Source: Octopus bimaculoides (Eukaryota). From it: 51,896 bases of DNA. Below, one piece after another: positions 22,561-36,910 of this stretch. Location of the stretch: NCBI RefSeq assembly GCF_001194135.2, contig NC_068981.1, positions 196,662,566 through 196,714,461 of the forward strand, read 5' to 3'. Both the position numbers and the translations under genes were made by a program. Under the pieces are notes generated by a model. It saw nothing but the letters and a program-made list of their open reading frames with translations. It made no database searches and had not been told where the DNA came from. Numbering within the stretch: the stretch's first letter is position 1; every line of letters starts with the position of its first letter.

Positions 22561-24075
22561 GCTGACAAACTTCTGACGCAATTAAAAAAAAAAAAAACAA
22601 TTCTTTTTTATAAATAAATAAAATAAAACCTAATTTGAATGCAATTGTCAAGACTTGACCAAGTGACCTTTGGACTGCAAATAGTTGTCAAAAGAAATAG
22701 TATAAAAACAGATGTAGGCTTAGTAGACTTCACAGTACAAACATCGTCGGTTTGACCCAGAATACCTTTAAACCTCGATAGACACAGCATACCTATTCAT
22801 TCAGGTTCAAATGTATGTGTAATGCTTATTATTTCGAAATACATTTGATTGTTAAAAGAGAGATACCGCGCAGATAAAGGTAAAGCCACTGATCGTCTGA
22901 ATTAATTGCAAAACTTTAAGATTTCTGGCATCTTAAACAGGTGGGAAGAAATTTCTCGTATTGCCTCTATATAAAGAAATATAAAAGTAAGCTCTCCATA
23001 GATACCGTTACAACCACATGGAAAACTGAGTTAAAATATACGTTTTACATCAATTTTCACGATCGAATTAAATACAGTTATTCCCCTTGTCTTTGTCAGT
23101 TCTGAATTTCCATCCCTTAAGTGTCTCACGTGATTGCTGCTAACTAATGGAACCAGTGAAATCCCGGTTGTATCTTGAATTAAGGAACGCTTTCCTTTTT
23201 TTCGTTATAATCTAGCATGGCCGCTTGTCGGATTGAGCATTCATGAAACTTAGATGACAGCGAAAGGCATCAACCAATTGAATATAAAAATACTCTTTAT
23301 TATTTACTCTACACTCTTTTTAGGTTATGCATCGAGTTCTTTCCCTCTCTTCGTTATCAAAACGGTATGTGTGTATGTCAGTGTGTTTATGTATGGGGTT
23401 TGTGAACACGTGTGTTCTATACATTCATACATATACATGTTTGTGTGTGGTTGTATGCATTTATATATATGTGCGTATATATATATATATATATNNNNNN
23501 NNNNNNNNNNNNNNNNNNNNNNNNNNNNNNNNNNNNNNNNNNNNNNNNNNNNNNNNNNNNNNNNNNNNNNNNNNNNNNNNNNNNNNNNNNNNNNNNNNNN
23601 NNNNNNNNNNNNNNNNNNNNNNNNNNNNNNNNNNNNNNNNNNNNNNNNNNNNNNNNNNNNNNNNNNNNNNNNNNNNNNNNNNNNNNNNNNNNNNNNNNNN
23701 NNNNNNNNNNNNNNNNNNNNNNNNNNNNNNNNNNNNNNNNNNNNNNNNNNNNNNNNNNNNNNNNNNNNNNNNNNNNNNNNNNNNNNNNNNNNNNNNNNNN
23801 NNNNNNNNNNNNNNNNNNNNNNNNNNNNNNNNNNNNNNNNNNNNNNNNNNNNNNNNNNNNNNNNNNNNNNNNNNNNNNNNNNNNNNNNNNNNNNNNNNNN
23901 NNNNNNNNNNNNNNNNNNNNNNNNNNNNNNNNNNNNNNNNNNNNNNNNNNNNNNNNNNNNNNNNNNNNNNNNNNNNNNNNNNNNNNNNNNNNNNNNNNNN
24001 NNNNNNNNNNNNNNNNNNNNNNNNNNNNNNNNNNNNNNNNNNNNNNNNNNNNNNNNNNNNNNNNNNNNNNNNNNN

Positions 24076-24650
24076 GTGGTGGTGGTGGTGGGGATGACCA
24101 TGTAGAGAACATGAAGATGGTATCGGGCTAATGTCGACGATGCTAATGATGGTAAGGATAAAGATGATGGTGATGATGATGATGGTGATGATGATGGTAG
24201 TGGTGGTGGTGGTGGTGACGATGATGATAATGGTGGTGGCGTTGGTGATGGTGGGAATATTGATGAGTAGGAGAAGGAGGATGGTTGTGATGACGGTGGA
24301 AGTGTTAATGCTGTTGAACGGTGGTGGTGGTGGTGGTCGTCGTCGTCGTCGTTGTCGTGATGGTGATGGTGGGGATATTGATGAGTAGGAGAGGGAGGAT
24401 GGTTGTGATGATGATGGTAATATTAATGCTGTTAACGATGGTGGTGGTCGTGGTCGTGGTGGTTTTGGTGGTGGTGGTGACGACGGCGATGGTGATATTA
24501 GTGATGACGATGATGGTGGCGATGATAATGATCATCATCATCATCGTCATAGTTGTAGTGGCGGCTACGGTGTCTATAATAGGTATGTCAGTGGCGGCGG
24601 CGGCGGTGGCGGTTGTGGCGATAGTGGTGGTGGTGGTGGTGGTGGTGTTA
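24076..24650. repeat. Compound (GGT)/(GAT) array with an internal 118-bp-period duplication
   Basis: atattgatgagtaggaga...gttgtgatga occurs at about 24253 and 24371. Confidence 0.85.
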
Positions 24651-26076
24651 GCGTTGCGCCATTGTATATGGCCGCGCCAGTGATATGAAATAGCGTGTCC
24701 ATCGAAGCGTGACAGTGATAAGCAGTGACTGGTCACCAATCAACTGTCAATAATTCAGAGAGTGATGGGGAGAGGAGAGGAGAGGAGGGAAGAAGAGGAG
24801 GAGGAGGAGGAGGGAAGAAGAGGAGGAGGAGGAGGGGGAAGAAGTGTTAGCTGCCGACAACCACTACACCACACAAACACCGACCACCCCCGACCGCCGC
24901 CACCGCCACCGCCTAAGCCATCCCGATCACGAGTTGAGCAAAGAGAGCCCCGACGTAGTCGTTTAGCCTGCTGAAGATAATAGCTAAAGGCTCCCCCAAA
25001 CCACACTCTACTTGAGAAAAAAAGGAAGGTTGTGTTGGAAATGAAGTCGTAAGATATACAGAAAGATGGAGTGGTCACGTTCGGAATGATTAGAGCTTAT
25101 CTGGGGCTAAGCTACAATAACATCATCAACCATTCAACCACAATCTTACTGCTACCACTACCACCACCACCACCACCACCACTATTGCCGTTACTTCTAC
25201 CACCACTCCATCGCCAAATCAACACCATCATTTTCATCACACATTAACTCTTTCGTCATCATTGCTGTCGTCGCCACGACCACCACGACCACCACCACCA
25301 CCACCACCACCACCATCACCATCACCATCACTACCATCATCATTATCATCATCGTCGTGCCAACAGCAAGAAAGAGTACGATAACAATCACCCTAACATA
25401 AGCGTTTTCACCATCGACACCACCAGAACAACAACAACAGCAACAACAACAGCATTACGACAACATAATGTCAGTCGCTGGAGTATAGGAACAGTAAGGA
25501 ATGGTGGATAGGGTTATAATGCTGTCCTTTTCATGATAATGATGATTATTATTATTATGACGACGACGACGATGGTTGTGACCCCGATCAAAATTATCAA
25601 CAACAGTAGTGCCAACGACATTCTCCTCATCCTCACCGCCATCACCACCGACATCTATCAACTCTTTGTTTTGTCTCCACCAACACAGTTTCGATTATTT
25701 CCTCTTTATTCTCCAACTCCATCCCACACGCAAAGAGAAAAAAACAGGCATGCATGTTTGTTACAGTTTAGCTTAAAGTAAATTTTTTAACACGATGAAA
25801 ATACTCGCAAGAAGAAGAAAAAAATAAAAGTAAAAAATAACAGGAAATGGCGAGATTCTATACACCATAACAGTTCTATAATTCTTCTGTAATAATTTCG
25901 GTAACGTTTCCAACAACTACGAAATCTTTATTCTAACAAACTGTACCGAACCTGATGAGACCACACAAGATAGAAACTGTGGTGTGCTACGTGTTAAACT
26001 TACGTTTCTTTATGACTGAAACTAATACCTAACATTGAATTAAGGAATTCCCGATGCTATGTCCCGCTGAGTTGGA

Positions 26077-26350
26077 GTGGCACTTTGGGCAAGTGTCTTC
26101 TACTGTAGCCCCGGGCCGACCAAAGCATTGGGAGTGAATATAGTAGACGGAAACTGAAAGAAACCCACTCTGTAAATATATATACATAGGCGTAGGAGTG
26201 GCTGTGTGGTAAGTAGCTTGCTTACGAACCACATAGTTCCGGGTTCATGCCCACTGCGTGGCATCTTGGGCAAGTGTCTTCTACTATAGCTTCGGGCCGA
26301 CCAAAACCTTGTGAGTGGATTTGGTAGACGGAAACTGAAAGAAGCCCGTC

Positions 26351-26351
<1 letters not shown>
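26077..26351 (+). mobile_element. Two tandem SINE A 5' fragments (26077-26170 and 26189-26351)
   Basis: The CORE-like block and gacggaaactgaaagaa occur twice. The second copy has a full head and runs into (TA)n and a gap. Confidence 0.9.
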
Positions 26352-26386
<35 letters not shown>

Positions 26387-26808
26387 NNNNNNNNNNNNNN
26401 NNNNNNNNNNNNNNNNNNNNNNNNNNNNNNNNNNNNNNNNNNNNNNNNNNNNNNNNNNNNNNNNNNNNNNNNNNNNNNNNNNNNNNNNNNNNNNNNNNNN
26501 NNNNNNNNNNNNNNNNNNNNNNNNNNNNNNNNNNNNNNNNNNNNNNNNNNNNNNNNNNNNNNNNNNNNNNNNNNNNNNNNNNNNNNNNNNNNNNNNNNNN
26601 NNNNNNNNNNNNNNNNNNNNNNNNNNNNNNNNNNNNNNNNNNNNNNNNNNNNNNNNNNNNNNNNNNNNNNNNNNNNNNNNNNNNNNNNNNNNNNNNNNNN
26701 NNNNNNNNNNNNNNNNNNNNNNNNNNNNNNNNNNNNNNNNNNNNNNNNNNNNNNNNNNNNNNNNNNNNNNNNNNNNNNNNNNNNNNNNNNNNNNNNNNNN
26801 NNNNNNNN

Positions 26809-26843
<35 letters not shown>

Positions 26844-26955
26844 CTGTATATATACATATATGTACATACCTACATATATACGTTATATATACATGCATAT
26901 ATGGGTACAGGACGTCAAAATATATATATATATATATAAATATATATAATATATA

Positions 26956-26995
<40 letters not shown>

Positions 26996-27040
26996 CACAT
27001 ATATATATATGCACATATATATATATGTATATATATATTT

Positions 27041-27080
<40 letters not shown>

Positions 27081-27499
27081 TATATATTATATATATAATA
27101 CAAATAATATGTGAGTATATGCATATATACCTACATGTATGTAGATACCTACATCTACATGTATATATAGATTCTGTGCGCCATTTTAGATGAGTGCCTT
27201 CAATTTTAACTTCAAATCGCCTCAGTTTGTGAATGAAACTGAATAGGTGGAAACTGTGAAGAAGTCTATCAGACGGACGGTTCTTGTTCACGGGGAGTTA
27301 ATTTAGTTCGTTGTCTAGTTTAACAACTGCAACTGGTCCCTTCGGTGCCCCTGATGAGGATCAACAATGCTGTAATTCAAACCAGGTTTCCTTTCCGACT
27401 TTCCGTATTTTGTTAACTGTCTCGTTTTCTCCTCGTTTGTCTATCACTTCAATAATAGCCCCTACATCATTAACGCAAACAGACAAGCGGCAACATGGA

Positions 27500-27800
27500 A
27501 CTTAAAGTCTTCAGACTTTAGATGCGCCGAAAATACGCTTGTCCTCTAGGTCGCCATGACTGATGAGGGGGGTTTTCCACGTTTCCTTGATATTCGTTCT
27601 TTTATCGTTAGCGTTTTCTATGTTCCATCTCGAATGTTCTTTACTAAATGTGTAGCGAACACAGCCTTCCAACATTTTTTGCCTCTCCATCAATAACATG
27701 ATACATTGATATCTGTTGCAGTAACACCCCATGTGCTGTGCTTTCGCTCCCTGGTCAGTGTTGCAGGTCCGCTAAACAACGCTGTCTTCAGCAGCGCTGA
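27500..27800 (-). mobile_element. Possible RTE-like C-terminal remnant
   Basis: The minus frame VENPPHQSWRPRGQ resembles the RTE W.P.HG.R.RGRP region. Weak. Confidence 0.3.
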
Positions 27801-28599
27801 CCTTCCTTCTCTGGCAAACCCACACATAAAAGTCATAACGGTGTTGCATATCGATCTTTTATCGATGATGTATCGATATACGACTAAATGTAGGATAGTG
27901 TATTAAGTGCTGGCAACTTAACTACGTGATTGTTGTAACTCTTGATTGATTTTCTTTCTTGTAGAATCACTTCGATTTCTTTGAAATCATTTTTGAGCAT
28001 TGATTTTCTATTTTAATTTTATTTGTACTTTTAATATATATGTGTGTATGTGTGCATGCGCGCGCGCGCGCACACACACACACACACACATACACATACA
28101 CACACATAGATATATATACGTATATACATCCTATATATTTGTGCGTGCGTACGTACATATGTATACTCATAAATATGTACACATATACTTAGACATGCAT
28201 ATACATAGGAACATACATACATACATACATAGCTACGCACACATACATACAGACACCCATACATACACACGTACACACAAACACATACATACATACATGC
28301 GTTATTAATATGTTAACCCGCGAAAACTGCTAAATTCACATTTCGTACTTGTCCTGTGGCGACAACGTTATCCAACTCTCTCTCTCTAGTACAACCTTGT
28401 TATTCTACTACAACTCCAACTGTCTTTCTTTTAGATATAAGCTTTATCGTTATTTTTGTGTGTGTGTGTTTGCTGGTTTGTTTTTTGCAGTAGAGGGTGG
28501 ATGTTGTTTCTCCAAACACTGGCATGTCTCGGCACGATCTAAGCATTCCAATTTCAAAACCCAGTCTCAGATTGACTCAAAAGAAAATTTTGTCCGGAA

Positions 28600-28770
28600 T
28601 TGATTTCTTACTTTGGCAAACTACCACAAATTGACAAGAGAAAGGCTTAATAATCGATGAAATCAAATCGATCTTAAGTTCTTTTATCAGGCCCAGAAAG
28701 ACAAAAGACAAAGTCGACCCCCGGATGAATTGAAACTTATAACATAAAGGGATATAATTAAATACCGCAA
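28600..28770 (-). mobile_element. SINE B, highly diverged
   Basis: aaagacaaaagacaaagtcgacccccggatgaattgaaact resembles the B body. Confidence 0.6.
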
Positions 28771-29159
28771 AAATCGTTACCCACTGAACTACCACCCGAC
28801 ATTGTTAACGCTACACCACCGAATCGACTTCACCACCACCACCCCTGCACCACTAAAACTACCCATGAGCCAACATTACTAACGGCACGCCACTCTAAAA
28901 CTTCAACCACCTTCACAACGGTTTTTGTTAACAGAAACACGGGGAACGAACGTTAAGGGATACGTCTAGTTAATTCGATCCCTAAAACCCCTAACAGCTG
29001 AAAGTGCTTTCTGTATTTATTCCAGAGCAATAAATGATAATATTGTCTCTGCGTAAGAACACAACAAGATGCAACACAATATATCCGATGCTCTACCAAT
29101 TCTGCCAATCTCCAGCCTTGTTATGTATAAAATATTGGTAAAGTGTTTAGTAGAAGTTT

Positions 29160-29530
29160 CTTGAGACAGCTTTTCTCTGTGTCTATGGTTTATATAACAT
29201 CGAAGGGTTTCGTAAAACGAAACGACCCCAATGCTTATTTTTTAAAGCCTACGACTTATTCTATCGTTCTCTCTTTTGCCAAAACCGCTAAGTTACGGGG
29301 ACGAAAACACACCGACACCGGTTGTTAAGCAGTGGTGGGGGATAGACACGCACGCACACACATATACGATGGGCTTATTTCAGTTTTCATCGACCAAATC
29401 CGCTCACAAGGCTTTGGTGGGTCCAAGACTACAGTAGGAGACACTTAGCCAAAGTGCCATGCAGTGGGACTGAACCTGGAACCATGTGGCTGGGATGTAA
29501 ACTTCTTACCATATAGCCACGCCTCTGCCT
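29160..29530 (-). mobile_element. SINE A, diverged full length
   Basis: ccgctaagttacggggacg and gcagtgggactgaacctggaaccatgtgg match the A reverse complement. Confidence 0.85.
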
Positions 29531-30777
29531 TTGTCAAGATTCTTTTCTTTGATTATGACCATCATTCTTCTCTTCGTGTTGTTGTTGTTGGTGGTGATGT
29601 TGTTGCATGTCTAGAGTCTTTCCAACAGCGACCAACCTTTCCTTTTCGCCTTTCTTTTTTTTTTACATCACAAGTATACGATGGATCTTTCCTCATTTTT
29701 TAATAGAACACAATGCTGCAGACGCGAGGTTTCGTTGCTATTTCTAGCTGACCGATCGACTACCTATGCACCTACTCGCTGTTGTTGTTGTTGATATTGT
29801 GGTGTATGAACACACACACACACACACACATATTATTTAGTAAGATACGATTTCTGAATCTTATTTTTCTAGAGACCTGAGGAGTGACCGTTTTCTAAGT
29901 AGAATATAATCGTCATCAACACTTCAATGTGAATTGTACTGGTTTTATCTGCTATAATGTGGCCACGAAACGCGCGTAGTCAATACTTTACCTTCTATTT
30001 TATCAATTTACTAAGTTGAATTAAATTTTTAACCTATATGTATTTTATACTTTTCTATTGGATTTTATTTTCTGGATGGNNNNNNNNNNNNNNNNNNNNN
30101 NNNNNNNNNNNNNNNNNNNNNNNNNNNNNNNNNNNNNNNNNNNNNNNNNNNNNNNNNNNNNNNNNNNNNNNNNNNNNNNNNNNNNNNNNNNNNNNNNNNN
30201 NNNNNNNNNNNNNNNNNNNNNNNNNNNNNNNNNNNNNNNNNNNNNNNNNNNNNNNNNNNNNNNNNNNNNNNNNNNNNNNNNNNNNNNNNNNNNNNNNNNN
30301 NNNNNNNNNNNNNNNNNNNNNNNNNNNNNNNNNNNNNNNNNNNNNNNNNNNNNNNNNNNNNNNNNNNNNNNNNNNNNNNNNNNNNNNNNNNNNNNNNNNN
30401 NNNNNNNNNNNNNNNNNNNNNNNNNNNNNNNNNNNNNNNNNNNNNNNNNNNNNNNNNNNNNNNNNNNNNNNNNNNNNNNNNNNNNNNNNNNNNNNNNNNN
30501 NNNNNNNNNNNNNNNNNNNNNNNNNNNNNNNNNNNNNNNNNNNNNNNNNNNNNNNNNNNNNNNNNNNNNNNNNNNNNNNNNNNNNNNNNNNNNNNNNNNN
30601 NNNNNNNNNNNNNNNNNNNNNNNNNNNNNNNNNNNNNNNNNNNNNNNNNNNNNNNNNNNNNNNNNNNNNNNNNNNNNNNNNNNNNNNNNNNNNNNNNNNN
30701 NNNNNNNNNNNNNNNNNNNNNNNNNNNNNNNNNNNNNNATATGTGTGTGTGTGTATTGTATGAATGTATCTGCAAGA

Positions 30778-30810
<33 letters not shown>

Positions 30811-31058
30811 GCATGTTTGAGTGTGTATAAATGTATATGCGCTTGAGCCGTGTGTCCGAGTGTTTGTGCGTCTGTATATTGTTGTTGTTGCTTTTGTTGT
30901 AATTTTCACAGCTGTTGCATGGCCAGGTGTTTAATTTGTGACGTTCACTTCACTCGAACCATTCGTCTCTCTCTGTCTTTGTGTGTCTGTGTCTGTGTCT
31001 GTGTATGTGTGTCCCTGATAAGTAAACCTAAGAGTCTATCTATCTAACTATCTATTTA

Positions 31059-31121
<63 letters not shown>

Positions 31122-31458
31122 NNNNNNNNNNNNNNNNNNNNNNNNNNNNNNNNNNNNNNNNNNNNNNNNNNNNNNNNNNNNNNNNNNNNNNNNNNNNNNN
31201 NNNNNNNNNNNNNNNNNNNNNNNNNNNNNNNNNNNNNNNNNNNNNNNNNNNNNNNNNNNNNNNNNNNNNNNNNNNNNNNNNNNNNNNNNNNNNNNNNNNN
31301 NNNNNNNNNNNNNNNNNNNNNNNNNNNNNNNNNNNNNNNNNNNNNNNNNNNNNNNNNNNNNNNNNNNNNNNNNNNNNNNNNNNNNNNNNNNNNNNNNNNN
31401 NNNNNNNNNNNNNNNNNNNNNNNNNNNNNNNNNNNNNNNNNNNNNNNNNNNNNNNNNN

Positions 31459-31534
<76 letters not shown>

Positions 31535-32309
31535 GTACGTATGTGATTATAAATGGGACATATGAGATACATACGTGCAAGTATTTATCAATGTGTATAT
31601 GTACGAGGATATATGCCTGTATATACATGTAAGTGTTAATGTTTCATATCTTTGTATATATGTAAATATGTGTACGTATGTATGTGCGCGTGAGAATGTA
31701 TTTGTGTACGTACGTGCGTACGTATGTATGCATGCATTCTTGCATATATGTATGTATGTATCTGCATGTATATGTGGACACCAAGCGTTGGTTATTTTAG
31801 TCTAGCCAATAATGCGTTAGTCTTATCAGCATAAATAGTTTGTAGTCTACAGGGAATATGGCCACCACCCCGAACTTTCTACGGCCTCTAATGTCTTCTT
31901 TTGATATTGTTATATATACATGCACACATACATACATATATAATGCATATATATTATAAATTTATTATAGTGTATATTATATATGTATATTTAGAATATA
32001 TGTTTGTGATGTGTATGATGTATATATTTACAAACACACACACATATCTGCCGATTGATCTTTTGTTACCATTCACTCTATATTTCAAATATGTATATAC
32101 GTTTATAACATATACACACACACATACACACACAACCACACACACAACCACACACACACATATTCAACCTCACAACCACACACACATTCAAAAATGTACG
32201 GCAGAGTTACAGAGGTATAAAATTAGTGAACACACATTTTCAGCCTCACTTTCAGAAAAAAAGTATTGTGCCTAAACCACACGTAGTGTGTGTGGGTGTG
32301 TGGGTGTGT

Positions 32310-32355
<46 letters not shown>

Positions 32356-32934
32356 GCGAGGGGAGAGGTGAGACAAAGAGAGGGACCAAGAATTGTTATT
32401 TAAATTTGAGCAGACCAGCTCAGTTGTGTTTCCAGTTTATGTATATTAAGACATGACTAAGTCATAAATAGCTATCAATACTATCGTATCTATTATCAGA
32501 AAATGACTAACCTGTCTCTGATGAAGTGGTACACAGCATTGAAACTAACCTTTTTTTTTTCTATTTTATTCTATTTATTTATTTATAATTTCACCGAGAA
32601 TAATATTTGGTTTAAGTACAGTCTCTATTTTTCACAACAAAGCTAAAATATATGCATTTAGTAAAAGTACAAACAGCATCGTCCGTTATTATGTCTCTAG
32701 CTCCAGACAAACGCATCTGTGTTACTCTTCTGTTGATAAAACAACGATGGACTCACTCGTCGAAGACGACGGATGAGCTTTCAGCTTTTTGCCGAACGAC
32801 CCGCACAAACGATTTGGTTATGGAGATCATATGCATGTGCTGTACATTCGCTCGTTCCTTCATTCGAGTCAACGTTGCCTGAATAGAGGACCGTACTTCA
32901 CACGTCACGTGTCGAAGTCATCGCAGAAAGTGGT

Positions 32935-33040
32935 GAGATGAAGCGTTTTGCTCAACAACACAACGCACCATCCTCTCTGGGAATTGAACCCACCAGCGTG
33001 CGATCGTGAATGCAATGCAACGCCCTAAACACTAGGCCAG
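32935..33040 (-). mobile_element. Old tRNA-derived SINE head, C-like
   Basis: ttgctcaacaacacaacgc...gggaattgaaccc...ccctaaacactaggcca is the reverse complement of a tRNA head plus CORE-like start. Confidence 0.6.
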
Positions 33041-33049
33041 GCATCCTCA

Positions 33050-33211
33050 CCAAAATTGTTGCAAAATGTCTGCCTCCTTGGCACAGCTAGAATAATCAGG
33101 GAAGTTATTAGGTGGCTGAAAAGAAAGAATAGCATGGAACCGTAGGCTGCAGGTAGCAGGCCCGCCGCGCATGCAAGAGTCCAGGATCTCCAACAAAACT
33201 TGTGATAAAGA
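33050..33211 (+). mobile_element. 3' tip of a third R4/Dong-like family, followed by (AAT)n
   Basis: LLQNVCLLGTARIIREVI...* (LQ..LLGTARI.R.V motif). The 3' UTR differs from that of 912-1404. Confidence 0.75.
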
Positions 33212-33227
33212 GATAATAACAACAACA

Positions 33228-33305
<78 letters not shown>

Positions 33306-33364
33306 GTAATAGTAATAATTGTAATAGTAATAATAATAATAATAATAGTAAAAATAATAATAAT

Positions 33365-33409
<45 letters not shown>

Positions 33410-33601
33410 CCTTTCTGCTAAAGGCAAAGGCCTGGAATTTGGGGGAGTGGGGTAAGTCGATTACACAACTGGTACTTAATTTATCGACCCCGAAAGGATG
33501 AAAGGCAAAGTCGACCTCGGTGGAATTTGAACTCAGAACGTAAAGACAGACGAAAAACCACTAAGAATTTCGTCCAGCATGCTAATGATCCTGCCAGCCT
33601 T
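33410..33601 (-). mobile_element. SINE B
   Basis: Conserved body atcgaccccgaaaggatgaaaggcaaagtcgacctcgg; the tail abuts (AAT)n. Confidence 0.9.
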
Positions 33602-34047
33602 AAAAGATATTGTATATTGAGAATAAGAAGGTAGTCAGAATGTTGAATGATTATGTATTTTGCATTTTTCTTTTTTTTTTTCCATTTTTAGCGCTTTCTT
33701 CCGATGTCGGATTTATCAAAAAAGTGGTTTACAATGAGTTTGCTTCACATTTTTATATAAAATTGAAACTGATGATGTTTTAGAAAGGGGGAGAGAGAGA
33801 GGGGAGGGGAGATAGGGGAACAAATTAAAAAGAAAAGTGCAGGAGTGAGAGGAGGAAGATAGAAAAAAGAAATGAAAGTAGGAGTGTGTTTTGAGATTGT
33901 ACCCTTGTTTGGTGGGGGTCGAAGTAATGGAAAAGAAAGAGGAAAGTGTTTTGAAAGGGAGAGGGAGGTTAAGGAGGTGTGGCTTTTGTAATCAGTGTTG
34001 TCAAACTTGTTTGATTAGGATTCAATATGTTGTTTTTATATATGTTG

Positions 34048-34120
<73 letters not shown>

Positions 34121-34261
34121 ACATTTTATAAGCTTAAAGCTTATAAGTGATTACCGTGTAAAGTGATGCAATTTTTAGTTCTGTATATAGTAGAATTAAT
34201 CTTAAAATGATAAGCGACTGAATTTATAAGTTTTAAAAGGAATCATTCTTTAAATACTACA

Positions 34262-34372
34262 CCAGAGATAGGCAACCATTTCCGAGAAGCGGGCCGCATC
34301 AGGCGGATGACTGCAAAAGTTTTCAAGGTAATTTGTCGTTAGGTTCAGAATGTCTGTGGGCCGCAGTTAGCT
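34262..34372. mobile_element. Possible hAT-type MITE remnant
   Basis: cagagataggcaacc...gcgggccgca...gggccgcagtt resembles hAT/Charlie-like termini. No right terminal repeat or TSD found. Confidence 0.35.
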
Positions 34373-34787
34373 TATGATGTAGAAAATATCTTCGGCATTA
34401 TGATAAAATGCTGGAGTTGTCGAAATATATTTGACAGCTAATTTTCTGTTACACCTTGATTCACAATAATCCTTCTCGCCCTATAAATAATCACAAGAAC
34501 GGGGTTTACTTGAATTAAACTTAGTCCTTACATGTAAACATAAAATGCAGCTTAAGTAATTAGCAATTATTTTTTAATTAGTAAATAATTGTAATAAATC
34601 GTTTGATTGTTGACGATAAAATATATGTAACAAGGTAATGAGTGTGGCTTACAGATAAATTTTACCAAATATAGATATAAAGTTATAAAAATTTTAGATG
34701 AAAAATTTAAAAGTGCGCGAAGGTTCAGTAATGACCCATTGGGAATATGTATGCATAAATGTATGTCTGTGAGTATGTGTGTATATG

Positions 34788-34823
<36 letters not shown>

Positions 34824-34973
34824 CATATAAGTGTGTGTGTGAAAGAGGCGAGAAGAGAATGAGAGGGAGCGGACGGAGGAGTGACCAGTGTGTTGCCGAA
34901 CAGCAAAATAAATGGGAGATGACCAGAGGTGTAAGTAGTTAATTAATTTGACGGCAATTTCTGCACTGGGAAA

Positions 34974-35050
34974 CGGAAGTCGCTGGTGATAAGCCAGGTC
35001 ACGTGACCGTCGATCGAACCGGATGTCACGTGAGTGACGATAAAGTCGGA
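34974..35050. promoter_or_regulatory. Candidate cis-regulatory island with twin E-boxes and ETS-like sites
   Basis: cggaagt 34974-34980, ggtcacgtgacc 34997-35008, ccggatgt 35019-35026, gtcacgtga 35025-35033. Locally CpG-rich. Confidence 0.35.
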
Positions 35051-35372
35051 AGAGGAACGTTTAGGACGCAACAACGGATATGTGTTGGACTAGATAAGAG
35101 AAACGAAGATCTTGTTTGGAGATTATCGGTAGACACAAACAAACACACACACATACACACACACAGACGCACACACACACACACACATTTCACAGACATG
35201 CACACACTCATACACACGTACGCATACACTCTCACAAACACACGCAATTACATTCATTCTATACAACCACACCAGCACACATTCAAACGCACGCATAAAT
35301 ACACACATTTACCCCTCTACGCAGCACTGTTACACACAGATATGTGTGTAACCTAACGCGCATGTTGATACA

Positions 35373-35430
<58 letters not shown>

Positions 35431-35800
35431 NNNNNNNNNNNNNNNNNNNNNNNNNNNNNNNNNNNNNNNNNNNNNNNNNNNNNNNNATATATATATTTAT
35501 ATTTATATATATATATATATATATTCAGGCATGTTTAGGTGTACAAATAAGTACACATAACTAGCCAGCTATCTAACGATAGGTGTGTGTGTGTGTTTGT
35601 ATGTGTAGGTGGATGTATAAGGACAGCTTCATATGTATTGATATATATATACACCCACACAGATTCCCCCCTCCCCCCCACACACACACAACTGATATAT
35701 CAATATAAATCCTCATTTAGTGCCAGATACACCCCTGTGGTATAACACAAACGTTGCCTTCAACGATTTGCCTGTATTTTTTTAATCTTATATTTTGTCT

Positions 35801-35943
35801 GTGTTTCAGTCATTAGACTGCGGCCATACTGGGGCATTGCTCACTTTCGTTTCTGGCCAGGTACTTATTTTGATCTCTTTCGCTGAACGAGTACGCAAAT
35901 AAACCAACACCGGTTACCAAGTGGTGGAAGACAAACACAAACA
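35801..35943 (-). mobile_element. SINE A-related 3' fragment
   Basis: gtttcagtcattagactgcggccatactgg and caacaccggttaccaagtggtgg. Confidence 0.65.
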
Positions 35944-35992
35944 CATATATATATATACATACATACATAAGTATATATATGTATATATACAT

Positions 35993-36025
<33 letters not shown>

Positions 36026-36765
36026 CATATATTTATATATATATATATATATANNNNNNNNNNNNNNNNNNNNNNNNNNNNNNNNNNNNNNNNNNNNNNN
36101 NNNNNNNNNNNNNNNNNNNNNNNNNNNNNNNNNNNNNNNNNNNNNNNNNNNNNNNNNNNNNNNNNNNNNNNNNNNNNNNNNNNNNNNNNNNNNNNNNNNN
36201 NNNNNNNNNNNNNNNNNNNNNNNNNNNNNNNNNNNNNNNNNNNNNNNNNNNNNNNNNNNNNNNNNNNNNNNNNNNNNNNNNNNNNATATATACTGTTGTG
36301 TCTGGGGAGAGTCATTCTCTTTTAGTGCCTTATAATTTTTAACACACTCACCGGTAAAATTTCTACTTCCTTTTTTTCCTAAAATTTTTGTTTTTGTTGC
36401 GTCTTGCAACGTTTTCAATAGTTTTGACTCTGTCCGTTATTCAAACTGCGTGCCATTTTGTTTGTTTCTGCGCATGTGTGTATGCTAGTGTGTGTGTGTA
36501 TGTGTGTGCATTTATATGCATGTGTGTATGCATGTATTTATGTATGTATGTGTGTACATTTGTATGTATTCTGCATATTCATGTGTTTGCGCGTCCATGT
36601 TTGTGTTTTTACGTGTGTGCGTGTGTGTGTGTGTGTGTACCTCTGTCTCCTTGTGTGTGCATGTCTGAGTGTGTGTGTGGGCGTGTGTTTTGCAACTATG
36701 TACCGTGTTTGCATGTATGAAGATATGAATATACATGTGTACGTGTGTATGACCAAAGGAATTGT

Positions 36766-36910
36766 GTAGTTAAGCAGTTTGCTTCTCAATCACGTATTTC
36801 TAAGTTTAATCCGACTGTTTCGCCTTATGAATGTATCTTCTCCATAGCCTCAAATTGCCCAAAAGCTTGTGAGAGAAATCGAGTAGATGGCAACTGTGCG
36901 GAAGCCTGTT
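36766..36910 (+). mobile_element. Very diverged SINE A 5' half
   Basis: aagcagtttgcttctcaatcac...aaagcttgtgagagaaatcgagtagatggcaactg. Confidence 0.55.

Noticed and set aside
25950-26000. Hammerhead-like CTGATGAG...GAAAC (CTGATGAG also at 27351 and 27560)
   Set aside because: Stems I and II do not pair, and the other two sites lack a proper GAAAC partner.
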